Source: the human T2T-CHM13v2.0 reference genome, Homo sapiens. Taken from it: a stretch of 64,000 bases of DNA. The notes beneath the pieces are model-generated. The model had not been told where the DNA came from. It saw only the letters and a list, made by a program, of their open reading frames with translations, and ran no database searches. The DNA is taken from the NCBI RefSeq assembly GCF_009914755.1, contig NC_060931.1; one strand, 5' to 3'. The number at the start of each line of letters is the position of its first letter. Within the stretch, counting starts at the first letter, position 1. Made by a program: the position numbers and the translations under genes. This document shows positions 26,901 to 41,420 of the stretch, in pieces.

Positions 26901-28624
26901 CAAGGAGAGGGATATACTTATTGAAAACTAAAAACATTGTTTCTACCCCAAGGAACTCACAATCCAACTGAGAAGCTCAGACAAGTAGCTAAAATTAATT
27001 CAATTCAGAACATGGCACGTGAAAAGGTAGGAACAAATGAAGCACAAATGAGGACATCCAAGCTGCAGGGGCTATGCAAGGTTTCCCCAAGGAGGAGACA
27101 GCTCAGACGGAGCCTTGCAGGAGAGGAAGGATCGCACCGTTCATTCACTCACTCGTTCCATAAAAATGTATTGAGCAGCTACTGCATCTTAGGCCTGTGC
27201 CTCTTGGAGAGGCAATGGCAAAGAAAAACAGACACAGCTTTTGGGGAATGGAGTGGAGAAGAACATTTGGGACGAAAGAAGCAGGAAAAGCAAAGGTACA
27301 GAGGCAAGAAATGAAGGCAGAGCTGGCGGCAACAGCAGAGAAGGGGGCAGCTGGCAAGGCCGTTAGAGCTATGGCTGGGAGGATTCAAACGCCAGGCCGA
27401 GGGCTCGAACTCCACCGGGAGTGCGCAATGCAAGGCCTGTGTGGAGAAACGGAGAAACATGGGAAGAAGGAGCGGTTATGTGGCCAGAGCAGGGACAGCA
27501 AGGCTGATGGCAGCAGCTACAGGGAGCGCGAGGGGGAGCGCAGTAGGAGAACAGCACCCCAGGTCCCCCACTGTGCATGCAGGCAGCAGAGGGTGGGCCT
27601 GGAGGGTCACAACAGGGGACGAGGTGGACCCGAGAAAGCAAGGATCCAAGGTCAGGACACAGGCGCCCTTAGACTCCCAGGGCCTGCCTCTCCCAGAGGT
27701 TGCCATGGGCTTCAGTCTCCTCAGAGGAACGACCAGGCGGTTGTTTGAGAAGTAGGAATAAACAGCATGGGTTCAAGCACATGGCAGGTCCAGTACCAGG
27801 TCCGGCAGGTACAGATGTATTTGACCCTCATCCTTGGTGACTGGACAGAGTGGCTGGGGGGTTGAAGGTGTCTTTCCAGAGAGGGAAGGGGAAGTTGCAC
27901 AGTGGGCACAGCATTCAGTCGTGCCACAAGAAAGGCGTGCTGGAGATGGGCTGCACAGCAGCAAGGCGTCCTTAACACTGCCCAGCTGTGCATTAGAAAT
28001 GGTCATCATGGTGATTCTATGTCTATTTGAGTCATAATTTAAAATAAAATACAAATATTCAATAAGAGCAGATTTAAAAGGAGAGAGGAAAATGGCTCCA
28101 CAGTTCCAGGTCCCTGTGACCAGGAGCACGGTGGGAGTCATTCAGAGAAACAGGAAAATCTAGAGGATTCCATTTGAGGATAGATGGAAAGCCAGGTTCC
28201 TTTGGACACATTAGGATTGAAGTGCCTGCTGGACTCTGTTGAAGATGTCCTCCCTGCCAAGAGCAATGTGAAACAGGAAGCCGGGAGGTGACACAAGGAC
28301 GAGGATGAGCTGGAAGGTTACTTGGCCTCCCAGGCCTCACCAGAGCCACCAGCCGATGTGGCACAGCCTCATCCCGAGCTCCACCAACAGCATGCCTCAG
28401 CCTCCACCCACGCTGCTCAGGTCCCCTGGCCCTACCACTGACATTCTTCCCTCTCCTCCCACCTCTTCTCTTCCCATAGCTTCTCCCTCCCGGTGACTTC
28501 ACTGCGCCACGACCCTTCTCCCTCTCAATTGGCCTCTCCCTCAAAATGCGCATCACATCTCACGGCCTCTCTCTCCATATCTTTCAACACCAGCTCAGCA
28601 CTTGAGTCTCGGAGGCAACTTTGC

Positions 28625-29300
28625 CAGCAAATGAGAATGTACAAATTAAAATGTCATGTGATTCTATTCTTTTTTTAGCTCACTGCCCAAAATTTAAAAG
28701 TATGGCAATGGCTAGTGCTAAAGAGAGTGTAAGAGAATAGAAATCTTTATATTTGGGAGTGGAAATTTAAACCCGCTATAACCATTTTGGATATTAATTT
28801 GGTAACATTTATTTAAAATTTTTTAAATGCACACTTTGACTTAGCAATCCTGCTTTTCAGTAACTGTCTTCAAGTTTGTAAATCTGCATATCTAAGAATG
28901 TTTGCCGCGACGTACTGAGTATTGCATCAATGGGGAGGTTATGGAGTATGTCAGCAGACATTCACTCAAAGCCTAGAAGCAGTCCCTGGTAGAGCTGCAG
29001 TTCTGAGCCTAGAGAGATTCTACACTGCAGACCAATATATAGAAGATAAGTGTGTGTTTGTGGGGGTATGTGTGTAAACATGTGTGTATATTTAGATGCC
29101 TCTTTAATAAAAGAATAAAATCAGGAAAATAACATAGTAACTTCTAAGGCTATGTCAAGGGGACAAGATTTCTTAGGCCTGGAAAGGGGAAGGGGTAAGA
29201 ATTTCATGTCCATGTATGTTTTTAAAAACTGGTATAACTGGGGGAGTGATTTTTCTTTTAGATGTTTATGAGTATTTTTCATATAAAATAAACTTAAAAT
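28625..29300 (+). mobile_element. Highly degraded L1ME-like fragment
   Basis: GAGAATGTACAAATTAAAA, TATAACCATTTTGGA..TTTGGTAACATTTATT, TTTGACTTAGCAATCC. Confidence 0.5.
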
Positions 29301-29881
29301 CAAAATAACGAAATATTCCTGATAGAGGGAATCTCTTTGGTGCAGTTCATTCTTCTAGACCAGGCAATGACATAGGCTCCTGACAAGCCTACTGATTGGC
29401 TGTCACGGCCATCGCTGGGTCATGTGATACCCCCTTCCAATCAGGGTGGGACAGGAGCATATGGAACTAAACGAGGCTGGAAGTGGGCTGTGGTAAGGGC
29501 AGCTTCTCTTGGAAGGGTTTTTAGGAATGTAGACATCATCATGGAAATGCCTAGTTCTTTCCACCTCAGCCAAGGACACAAATGTGGGAAATGTCTACTT
29601 TTCAGGGACACATAGGCAAGAGAGGATTTGAGGGAGGTCAAAAGAGAACTAAAATAACACGATGCTGAGAGGGAAAGGAGACAGTAGAGGGAAGAAATTA
29701 AATATGAAGAGAGATGAGCAAGTTATCTATTGAATAAGCATTTACCCAATGACTATTATTGCAGGTGTTGCTCTAGTGCTGGGGCTACAGCAGTCAACAA
29801 GGCAGGTGGGACCCTGACTTTACAGAGCTCATGCTCTGTGAGGTGGGAGGCACGGCCAAGGACGGGCAGAGGGAGGGACAG

Positions 29882-30335
29882 GCATTAGTAAGAGTTGGTT
29901 TAGTTGCAAATGATAAAAGACCCAACATAACAACAGCTTAAACAAGTTAGACTCTCATCTCTTTCTACCATAAAAGAAGTCCAGAAAGACGTGAGCCAGG
30001 GCTTTCAGGATCCTTACTGTCTGTGCCCTGCTCTCCTGCGCATGAGGCTTTCACCTCAGAGTCCAACATGGCTGCTTCAGTTCCAGCAATCACATTCATG
30101 TTCCAGCTGACAGGGAGGAGCGAAGGGGATAGAATGAGCGTGCCTCCTCCTTCCAAGCATGCTTCCACTTATATCCGATAAGCCAGAGCTGAGTCATGTG
30201 GCCACACCTCAGGCCAGGGAGGCTGGGACATGCTGTCTTGTTCTGGGTGAACACATGCCTGGCCAAAATCCAGGGCTCTGCGACCAGGGAAGAAGGAGAG
30301 GATGGCTAGCAGGAGACACCGGGCTGTCTCACCAC
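29882..30335 (-). mobile_element. MaLR LTR, MLT1J-like, inserted in L2 (L2 parts ~29715-29840 and ~30340-30600)
   Basis: TTAGTTGCAAATGATAAAAGACCCAAC..CAGCTTAAACAAG; CCAACATGGCTGCTTCAGTTCCAGCAATCACATTC; flanking TGAGATTTTAGCTGAGACCTGAA is L2-like. Confidence 0.7.
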
Positions 30336-30717
30336 AGGAAGAAGTCAGAAAATAAGCAAAAGAAAGTGGCATGGAGTAATAAGTGGTTTGCTGAATAAAC
30401 TCCAATGTGAAAGAAAGTAACATAAGATGCAGCTCCTCCAGATGGAGCGAGTGGTTGGGAACAGCTTCTCCACTGAGGTGAGATTTTAGCTGAGACCTGA
30501 ACAACAAGAAGGAGCCAGCCACAGAAAGATCTGGAGGAAGAACGTTCCAGGCAGAAAAGAAGTAGTGTGGAAGCCCCGAGGCAGGAGCAAACCGGACTTA
30601 GGATTGAAAGGCCGTCACCGCTGTGCACGGGGAGGAACAGCCGCAAAGCCATGTCCTGGGGGGTCCAGGAAGGCAGGAGCATGGGTGGGGCTTATTAGTG
30701 CTCCTCCTTAGAGACAT

Positions 30718-30757
30718 GCATGTGTGAGTGTGCGTATGTGTGTGTGTGCGTGTGTGT
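30718..30757 (+). repeat. Imperfect (TG)n microsatellite
   Basis: Direct inspection. Confidence 0.85.
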
Positions 30758-33269
30758 AGGAAGCGACAGACAGAGGCCTCAGTCTCGCTCAGGTGTGTTC
30801 ATGTGTCCCAAACATTCCAGATATAGGGTACCAAACAGATGAACAGAGTAGAGAGTCAGGGACAGCACTGTCATCCACCTGTCATGACTATCATTGTAGT
30901 AAAGATTTCTGTGACTCGGACCTTTGTTCCCTCTCCCCACCAACACCCGCTGGAGCCCCGTGGTACCTTTGCTGGGGGCTCCGGCCGTTGGGTGGTGGCG
31001 GCACTGCAGCATCTCCATGCAATCCTTGTGGGTTCTGATTACAGCCTTGCTGTGGCCTCCTGGCCTTGTCCTCATGCTGTTTTAGGCTGGAAACTGGGAC
31101 TTAGATGATTGTTCTGGTCCCAAGGCAGCTTGGCCAGAGATGGAGGCCATTAAGAAGTGCACAATCATTTCACTCAGGTTCAGGTGGTGTCCAACTCCAA
31201 GAAAGCCAAATTATTTTGCAGCTACTATGTAATTTAATTCTCACAGCATCCTAGGAATTGAACAAATAGGTATTATTCCCACCGTACAGGTGGCAAAAAG
31301 AATTGAAACACAGAGAAAGTAATTGACTGACCTAGGGTTAAGAAGCAAGTTGACAGCATCACAGGCCTCGCTTCCACTGTAAGTGCTTCGCCTGCTCGGC
31401 CATGCAGCCTCCCAAGTGAGCCGCTCAGGTTGCTAAAGAAACAGCCAGGGGATCCCTACTGTCCCCTGCTAGGGTGACTGATGGTCCCAGTCTGCCCCAC
31501 ACTGGGAGGTCTCCCAGGCAGGAGAGTCCTGGCAAACCAGGACAGTCGGTCACCCTCTCTGGAACAGTCTGGGAACTTAACATGCACTTACCTGAGGACC
31601 AGCTACTGAGCTGGGCCAAGGGGAGGTGGTCTCAAAGGCAGGTGAGGCTCTTCGCTTTATAACTTGCTGTGAAACCCGGACAGCTCAAGGGGAAAGAAAA
31701 GAAGGAGGCGTGTACAATGCCTAGGGAGATCTTTGTCCAGAAAGGTGAGTTCAGAGAGCCTGCTGTCTGACCACGCTTCCCCTTCCCTGGGCGCAGATCC
31801 TTAAAAGTGTTAAGTGAACACTGCTGAGTTCACTTACAAATAAAGGGCCGAGCTCATGCCTGGGGTCAAGTAGGGCCTCTTGTAAAATCCTTGTGATTAG
31901 AGTGAATGAAAGGCATAAAGGGAGATTACAGGAAGCTGCTGATCCCCGGAGATGAGAGAACACACCTGGCACGCTTTGTTGACAAGTAGACACTTGCGAA
32001 TATTCCATTCCTCCTCATTTTCAATTCTCCTCTGAAATCGTGAGCAACACTGTGGGCTACATCTTTCACTGTGATCTGATGGAGAAACAGAGGCAGAGAT
32101 GAGCCACCAAAGAAAACAAGACCGCTCCCCTATCTTAGTCGGCTCTGAGTGTCTTCAGAAAAGCCCCCCAGGTGGGCACGATTATTCCCACAAGGGCTGT
32201 GAGCACACTTGTTCTCTGGTCATTTTCTCTTCTCCACGTGGGCATCCCTGAAACTGGCCTTCCGGATTAGGAGCCAAGGTCATGGTCTGCCTGAGTGACA
32301 TGCTTTGCTCTTTAGAACCTGAGGCGTGTCCATGGTGTGGAAAGGGTTAAGCATGCAGGCCCTGGGATTTCCGATTCCCGTGGGAGAACAGCAGCATTCG
32401 AAGGACAATTCTGAGCAAGCGTGTTGTTTCGAGGCCATGCTGCAGTGTAGTTCCCAACCTAATTGGCCCAGGTTAAAGGCAGAGAGCAGAGGGAAAGCTG
32501 AAGGGTCCGGTTAACATCTTGGCTGGTGGGAAGCAAAATAAATCCGGTTACTTCGTTGGGTACATGAAATTTTAGCTAAAAGATTAAAGGATACGGGTAT
32601 AAAGTAGAAACTCGTGAGTTTCTTTCAATGATCTTTCAGAAAGTTACTCCAGGCCATGTGCTCCACTTTCATTGCTAACAAAAGGGGACTGTGCTTATAT
32701 CCCTTCCAGTGCCTGTTTTTTTTTTTTCCATCTCCGCAGCGAACATTCTGCTCTCAGCTACACAGGTGCATGACACAGCACCGTGATATCTCATAAAACC
32801 AGCTACAGCCAAGGCGCTCGCAGACACAATGGCTGAATTTATGAGACACACATCAGTGTCCCTGCAGGAGGCGGGCTCGCTCAGGGGGATTGGTTAAGGG
32901 GCTCCCTCCTTCTGTGTTACTAGGTCATATGAAGAACAGGCCACGTGTCCTGACAACACTCCCTGCTAGTATACCTGGGTAGTGTGCAAAAAGCAATCCC
33001 AAGACCTTGAATCAACTTTCACCATAGACAGTAATCTCAACAAGGTGTGAATCTGCCAGTACAGCAAGACTGCCATAGCAAGGGCTCTGGTAAATCTAGC
33101 TTTCATGGCAGGCACCTTTTTAGGTTAGGCAGGAAACACAGCAGACCAAATGTTTGCTTCACCTGAGACTAGGTTTAGAATTTTATCATAAAGGCCAGAG
33201 CCCGAAAGGCATAACTGATTTGTGTGTCTAGCGCAAGAATGTCCTGCTAGGTTTTGGAGGCAGGGAGGC

Positions 33270-33425
33270 CCAGGTTCGGGTCCCAAGTTTCCTACTTTCT
33301 AGCTATGTGGCCTAGGGCAAGTCCCCTCTGGAACACAAGGATGAAGTTTCCCCAACTGTGCTGCTGTGAGGACTGATGAGATGGCATATGTACAATACTT
33401 AACCCGCCATAAACACTTCAGAGTC
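33270..33425 (+). mobile_element. MIR
   Basis: CCAGGTTCGGGTCCCA..CTAGCTATGTGGCCTAGGGCAAGTC..GCTGTGAGGACTGATGAGAT. Confidence 0.6.
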
Positions 33426-33580
33426 AGAGCCACCAATAGTATTAGGTGTGGAAAGGAGAACTTTGTGTTGCAACTGAGTTTTTTCCAAGCAGTGTTTACA
33501 GAAATCACAAGAAGCCCAGATCAGAGTAAACTGAAGTGAAAAGGTCATTTCCAGGCCCTCTGGGATTCCATCTCCTTTGG

Positions 33581-33775
33581 CATCCCCTCCCTTAATGAAC
33601 TCACCCCTCCCTTAATGAACTCATCCCCTCCCTTAATGAACTCATCCCTCCCTTAATGAACTCATCCCTCCCTTAATGAACTCATCCCTCCCTTAATGAA
33701 CTCAACCCCTCCCTTAATGAACTCAACCCCTCCCTTAATGAACTCACCCCTCCCTTAATGAACTCACCCCTCCCT
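33581..33775 (+). repeat. Minisatellite/VNTR, 20-21-bp unit CCCTCCCTTAATGAACTCA(T/C/A), 9 full copies plus a partial
   Basis: Nine exact copies of CCCTCCCTTAATGAACTCA counted directly. Confidence 0.97.
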
Positions 33776-35275
33776 CTTCAGTCCCTGCCCCATGTGGCAG
33801 GGTGTTTTTAGCTGTGCATTGGCTGAGCAATTGATCTTCTAGAGCTGGCTGGGTCCACAGATCCTCAAAAGATGGGGGTCTGTTTCCTCACTCATTCTCC
33901 TTTCAGTGTCATTTCTGGATGAAAAGTACCACAGCAGCCTGGCAAGGAATGCTATCTGTGCCCATACCACAGAGTGCCATGCACAGAACCAGTGTGTTCT
34001 CCCAAGAACAGCAGGCAGCGGGGTCCTAGAAAGCTTCCTGGGAAAGCCCTGTCCATGTTCCTCACTTGGAAGGAGGAAAGCCTAAGAAGAGGATGTGTGT
34101 GATGAACGGTTTATTTCATCAAGGAGCCATTAGAAACAATAATCAGAAGGTAAAAGAGGATGAAAAGAAAGAAACATGGCGGCTCCCTCTCTCCCTCTGG
34201 CCCAGTCCCTTCCGCTTGTGTCCGGGAAGCTGTGGGCGGTGATTTAACATGACTCACTTGGGGGCATAGGCGCTATGAAGTTCAGTGGCTGGGTGCCAGG
34301 TGGCGCCAATGACACCCTTTTTCTCAGAGCCCGGGCTGAATGGACACCTCCCTCAAAGCCTTCCAGACCCAGGGTTACGGCCGTTCCCAGAGACATGTTC
34401 CCGTGCTGCTGGGCACACCTGCAGAGGGGAGGGAAGGTCCTGTGTTTGCTGGTGCTGCTCGTCCTCTCACTTCCTACCGAGCATCATGTTGCAAACAAAT
34501 GACCTTGGCACCACCGTTTTGCAAATTGTCCTTTCTTGGGCTTTACTTTTTGGTCTATGTGAGCAAAATGAACTGAAGTCAAGGTACGACTCCCAATAAC
34601 CTGCTGTGGGATGAGAGGGCTTTTGTCATTTATGCAGTCTGATTAGTTATCCACGCCCAGAGCTACACTTTCTCGATGCTTCTCAGCTCTGACTCTCACA
34701 GGGCCAGGGAGAAATTTTTGTGCCCCCTAAATCATGTAGTTGGATACAAAACATTCCCTGGAGGCCTACCATTCTCAAATCCCCGTGCAGGGCTCTGTGG
34801 GGTGCAACATGAAACTCGCTCTAACTCCCTACGTGGAGGACAGACAGACCCATCCTAACTCCAAAGCCAGACACAAGGGACAAAGGTACCAAAAAGGTGC
34901 AAGGTGCAAGAATGGACGACGCTGGTCTTCCAATTTGCTGGAATATCTGTGCGGCTAGAATGGTGTCTTGTTCAGCATATATCAGCATCTTGCCCTTGCT
35001 CTGTCCTGCCTGGCCACAAAGGACACTCAGACAACACCGGCCTCATAAATGCTGCCTGGAGAAAAGCCTAGCTAGGTACGGAGGGTCAGGGTATTTCAGA
35101 AAAGAGAAACTGCTTCAGCCAATGCTCATGAGATTTACCAGGGAATAGCAAACAAGTCTAGTGCAAGCCAGGGTTGGGGGAGTGGGAGGGTGATTAGCAG
35201 AGATCAATCTAGAAAGGAGGTCAAGGTTCTGTAGGTGGGGAAAGAGGGTGCTTGTGTATTAAAACTTGTTTTCCA

Positions 35276-35867
35276 GCAGTTTGGAGATTTCTCAAAGAAC
35301 TAAAAATAGAACTACCATTCATCCCAGCAATCCCATTACTAGGTATATACTCAAAGGAAAACAAATTGTTCTATCAAAAAGACACCTGTACTCCTATGTT
35401 TATCGCAGCACTATTCACAATAGCAAAGACATGGAGTAAACCCAGGTGCCCATCAACGGTGAACTGGATAAAGAAAATGTAGTACATATGCTACCATGGA
35501 ATACTACGCAGCTGTAAAGAGGAAAGAAATCATGTCCTTTGCAACAACATGGATACAGCTGGAGGCCATTATGCTAAGTGAATTAATGCAGAAACAGAAA
35601 ACTAAATATCACATGTTCTTATTTGTAAGCAGAAGCTAAATATTGGGTGCACACAGGCACAAAGATGGGAGCAATAAACACTGGGGATTCCACAAAGGGA
35701 GCAGGCAGAGGGAAGGGTTGAAAAACTACCTATCAGGTCCTCTGTGCACTACTTGTGAGACAGAATCATTAGAAGCCCAAACCTCAGCATCACACAATAT
35801 ACTTATATAACAAACCTGCACATTGACCCCTGAACCTAAAATTAAAAAGAAAAAAGAATAAATAAAT
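35276..35867 (+). mobile_element. L1PB/L1MA-like 3' end, 5'-truncated
   Basis: ORF2 C-terminal peptide VWRFLKELKIELPF.PAIPLLGIY..FIAALFTIAKTW; A-rich tail; degraded TSD AAAACTTGTTTTCCA / AAAACTGGCTTTCTA. Confidence 0.92.
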
Positions 35868-35921
35868 AAAACTGGCTTTCTAAATATGCTCTGGAAGAGC
35901 TGATGAAAATGACATCTCTTA

Positions 35922-36552
<631 letters not shown>

Positions 36553-37164
36553 TCATTTATAACTCAGAGGAAGGAACTCCAATCTCATCTGGCTGTGGCG
36601 AGGGTGAAATGAAATCATAAGACTGAGCCTGGCACAGAATCGAAGGTGTTCAGTGACTGTGAGCTCTCCTTCCCCTTCTTTCTGTTTTAAACCTGTTTTC
36701 AGGCTGCATGCAATTAAAAGTTTACAATGTTCTAAAACTGATTTTCCAATTTAGGGGCAGTAAACTGTAAGTCGCTGCTATTTTCCTAAAATGACATTCT
36801 TTAGATTGGAGTCTGTTGGATTTCTTTTCAATTGCATTAAATTCTACTTACTGCATTTCTAATAAGATACCAGCCTGTCTGGGAAAAACATCTGATGGCC
36901 GATTCTGACTATTAAAGCTACCTGTGGGAATAATAACACCCGAGACCTCCATCCACACACCTCTCCCCATGGACTCAGTGGAGGACATTTGTTAACAAAT
37001 GTGTCAGACACCTTTGAGTTTAATACCGCTGTGCTCATTGCTTCCATTAGATGTGGCCTTGTAGAATCTTCCACAGGGCATAGTTTGGTTAAATTGTGAT
37101 GGGACACAAAGGTGTGTAACCTGCATCGTAACAAAGACAAGGTGACAAAGGTTTTAGAAATCTG

Positions 37165-37449
37165 TTTTTTTTTTTTTTTGAGACAGGGTCTCCCTCTGTC
37201 GCCCAGGCTGGAGTACAGTGGCATGATCACGGCTCACTGTAGCCTAGACCTCCAGGGCTCCAGCAATCCTCCTGCCTCAGTCTCCCAAGTAGCTGAGACT
37301 ACAGGCATGGGTCACCACACTTGGGTAATTTTTAAAATTTTTTGTAAAGATAAGGTCTTGCCGTGTTGCCCAGGCAGGTTTCAAACTCCTGACCTCTAAG
37401 TGATCCTCCCGCTTCAGCCTCCCCCAGGTGTGAGCCACTGCACCTGGCC
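37165..37449 (-). mobile_element. Alu (AluJ-like)
   Basis: Poly-T, GAGACAGGGTCTCCCTCTGTCGCCCAGGCTGGAG, GCTCACTGTAGCCT. Confidence 0.96.
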
Positions 37450-37863
37450 AGAAACCTAGAACATTCTAGACAGGAGCTCCACCCATCACACTGTCAATCT
37501 CCCTCAGTCAGGTGAAAAGCGAGAGCACATACCAACCCAGAGAGAGGCACACGCATACAACTCCTAAAGAAGCGTCTGTTTTTCTTAACACAAAGAGTAA
37601 AAGATGCGTGCACTGGCCCGCCAGGGTGCAAGGAGGCCTTCCATGCTCTGGCCTCAGCCTGGACCAGGAGAGGTCGGTTGAGTCCTTGCACTGTCACTTG
37701 GACAGTCAGAAATATTTAGTTGAGGACAATTCTATCTGAGAAATAGCAAATGTGATTTTTAACAACTAAGCAGCCCTTTGGGGAAACATGGCCGCTTATA
37801 GCCTTGTGGGAAGAAAGTTGTCATGTGGCCTTTAAAACTGATTTTTAAAAAAACACCTAAACT

Positions 37864-38273
<410 letters not shown>

Positions 38274-39194
38274 TCATGTTCTCCCCAAAGTTGGCTCTCT
38301 GCTGGCCAGGAGACCGTGGCTTATCCTGGCAGGAGCAGCTGAGAACTCCCCAAACACCAGGAGCCTCCAGCTGATATTTCCAGGATTTGCAAGCAAATAT
38401 CCCCTTCTCTTTCCAAATTCAACCCCACCCGCAGCCCCTGCAGCAAGCCAGCCAGGGCTTGAGATAGGACCTGGGCACAGAGGAGGTGAACATGGAGGAA
38501 AGGAAACCCTGCACGCTTGGAGAAAAGTCTTTGTTTGGGAAAAAGACAAAAATGAAAACAGCATCTGTGGGTGGTGCTGGCTTGGGAGCAGCATCAACCC
38601 TCCCGTGTCTACAGACTCAGGGGTTCTGAACGCACAGACGCAGGGAGGTGGAAGGTGGTGCCCCATGAAAGGCAAATGCCGGGAGCTCTCCAACAGGCCA
38701 GATGACTTTCGCTGAAAGGAGGTGCCCTCCCTTGAGAGGGTGACAGGCTTCGGCCGGGGAAGCACTTGAAAATGTCTCTACAACACAGAAACAGCCCAGG
38801 TCGTTGCGGCTTGGCTGGCAGTGGGAAGTTTCCGGATGTCTGCCTGCACGTCCCACACAGAATTCTGCGTGTGTGTGGACAGAGTGCATGCAAAAGTCCC
38901 CCTTTTATGGGCAAGATCCAAAGAAATGCTTAGAAGTAGAGTGGAAAGGCATGGATACCTTGCCATTTTACTTAGAAACTAGCAGAATTTAAGAATGGCC
39001 AAATTTAACTAACTGCAGAGCAGGCTGGCTTAAGTTGTGGGGTTAAGTGGAAAGAACTGGGGTGTCAAGTCAGGTACCCTGACACCTCCCATGGTAGGGA
39101 GTGGGTTTGGGCACGCTGCTCTACCTCCCTGGACATCAGTGTCCTCATCTGGGCAGTATGAGTCCTAACACCTCTTATCACAGGGCGCCTACAG

Positions 39195-39371
39195 CAGTGA
39201 CTCCCATTGGTGCTGCCTGGGAACCCTAACACCTGGGATCTTTGGAAAATCCTGAGGCCTGTCTTCCACCACCAGACATTCCACTTCATTGTCTGGAGTG
39301 TGGCCCGGACAGTAAGATTTTTAAGGTGTCCCCGGGTGATTCCAACATGCAGCAAAGTTTGCTAGCCATTG
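39195..39371. mobile_element. MER5-type hAT-Charlie MITE
   Basis: GATTTTTAAGGTGTCCCCGGGTGATTCCAACATGCAGCAAAGTTTG..CCATTG. Confidence 0.7.
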
Positions 39372-39412
39372 GCCTAGAAAGTAGAATGCACTCAACAAAT
39401 GTTTGTTCTCTC

Positions 39413-39558
39413 CAGGACCAGCTACAATTTGTGGGACCCCTTGTTTACAAAGTTTTCAGAACTTTAAGTGGCGAAAGCAGCACATTAATCCAGCTCTGGG
39501 CATTCTGGGCGCAGGCTGCACGGGATGGCTTGGCTCAAGCGTCCATGACGCCAGTCTG
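39413..39558 (-). mobile_element. MER45A-like hAT-Tip100 MITE with internal deletion
   Basis: CAGGACCAGCTACAATTTGTGGGACCCCTTGTT..GCAGCACATTAA..CCATGACGCCAGTCTG matches recalled MER45A termini. Confidence 0.7.
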
Positions 39559-39609
39559 CGTTTTTCTCCCTTCCTCCCCTTTCTAGCAGAGCAATGCCTC
39601 ACATTAACT

Positions 39610-39993
<384 letters not shown>

Positions 39994-41129
39994 TGAGGGG
40001 TGTCATGCTAGCTGGGGCTACAGCAATGTTTCCTCAAGAAGCCTGGGACTTCCGCAGGAGAACATGCCTTGGGTTGTGAGGCTCTGGGGTGGTGCTGAGA
40101 GGCCTTCTATAGGCCGGGTGCAGAACTCCTCTCGCCCCCATGCCAGTTCATACATCTGCACGTGGACATGTGTGACATACATGCCACAGCTCCAGAGCTG
40201 GGAAAAGTGTTACAAGTGGGAGACAGTTTCAGGTCTTACAGGAAAGGCCGTGCAGCTATGAAAATTCACCTTGCAGCCAGGAAGAATGGAACACACTCAT
40301 CTCTAGAGAGAAGCTTTGTGGAGCCAGGAGAAAATGATGACCTACAGGGCTCAGCCCATTGGCCCAGGCCCTGTGGGAAGGCTTTGCCATTACAGGGCGG
40401 GTGCGGGTGGGTCTGATGCTGGTTTCTCCTTTTCAGCCTTATCAATGGGACCCCAGGACTCCTCTAGGGATGCTTGATCCTTTAATGCTGCTTTGCTGGA
40501 ACAAGGGAGAGGTATAGTAGGGAGGGGACAGAGGAGGAAAGGAAGGCTGGTGCGTGCCTGTGATCCCCTCTTGGAAAAACAGCCCTGGGTCCTGTGGCCA
40601 GTGCCTCCCCTGCCCCCAAGCAGCTGTGATTTAGTGGAGGGGCCTTGAAGCAACAAGTCACAGGCTCTGTAAAAGCATCAGAAGTGGGAGAATCTAGCAC
40701 AGAATTGACGACTGTCTGGTCCCCACCCCACTGTCTGGTCTTGGTCCTTAGGTTCACAGTGAGGGTTCAATGACTGCAGCTCCATAAACAGAAACCCAGA
40801 GAATCTGGGTCTGGGCTTGGCTGTCGGCTTGAGCCTGACCCTGGGCTGTCAGCTGCAGTTAGAGGAAACCATCTGAGAAGAACTGGTTAACAAAAAAATC
40901 AGGGACAATTACAAATCAGGGGATTCTTCTAGTTTTTAAATGGGAAGAGCAAAGTGCTTGGCTCTAAGAAGACTCTGTGGACATTTTACCCACCCGTGAG
41001 CTCTGGGCTTGGTCGCTGTGGGATTCCACCCTCCTGGGGGTCCGGCTTCATCTCCAGTCCTGACCTCCTTGAGATCTGGGAGACAATGGAGCTAACCTTT
41101 ATGCAGCCCTCACCCCTGCCCCCAGTGGG

Positions 41130-41420
41130 GTTGTTGACTCCTCTGAGGGTCACTTTCCACCTTTGTAAGATGGGGATCATTATGGGATGTTTGCATGAAT
41201 TAAATGAGACCATGCGCCTGTCCCAGTGCCTTCTGGGAGCACAGGAAAGGGCTCAGTCGTCATCCGCCCTTTAGGCGTCTGCGTGTGTCATCCTCAGACA
41301 CCGATGAGGCGAGGACTGTTATTCTTCCCCTCAGAAAATGAGAACATTTATGGCTTTAGAGAGGTCAGATAACTGAAGTCGGTTAGTGGAAGCTCCAAGA
41401 CCAAATTCCAGGTCTGTCTG
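41130..41420. mobile_element. Two MIR fragments in opposite orientation
   Basis: CACTTTCCACCTTTGTAAGATGGGGATCAT and CAGAAAATGAGAACA..AGAGAGGTCAGATAACT..CCAGGTCTGTCTGA. Confidence 0.55.

Noticed and set aside
27197-27755. 183-aa ORF in a GC/CpG-raised patch
   Set aside because: No recognisable domain, overlapping ORFs in several frames typical of GC-rich DNA, no clear splice structure; CpG density looks too low for an island.
31585-31710. Minus-strand exon candidate with perfect donor CAG|GTAAGT near 31590
   Set aside because: The nearest acceptor after the pyrimidine tract is a rare GAG; no other support.
33581-33775. CRISPR-like regular repeats
   Set aside because: Head-to-tail units without unique spacers in primate DNA; it is a minisatellite.
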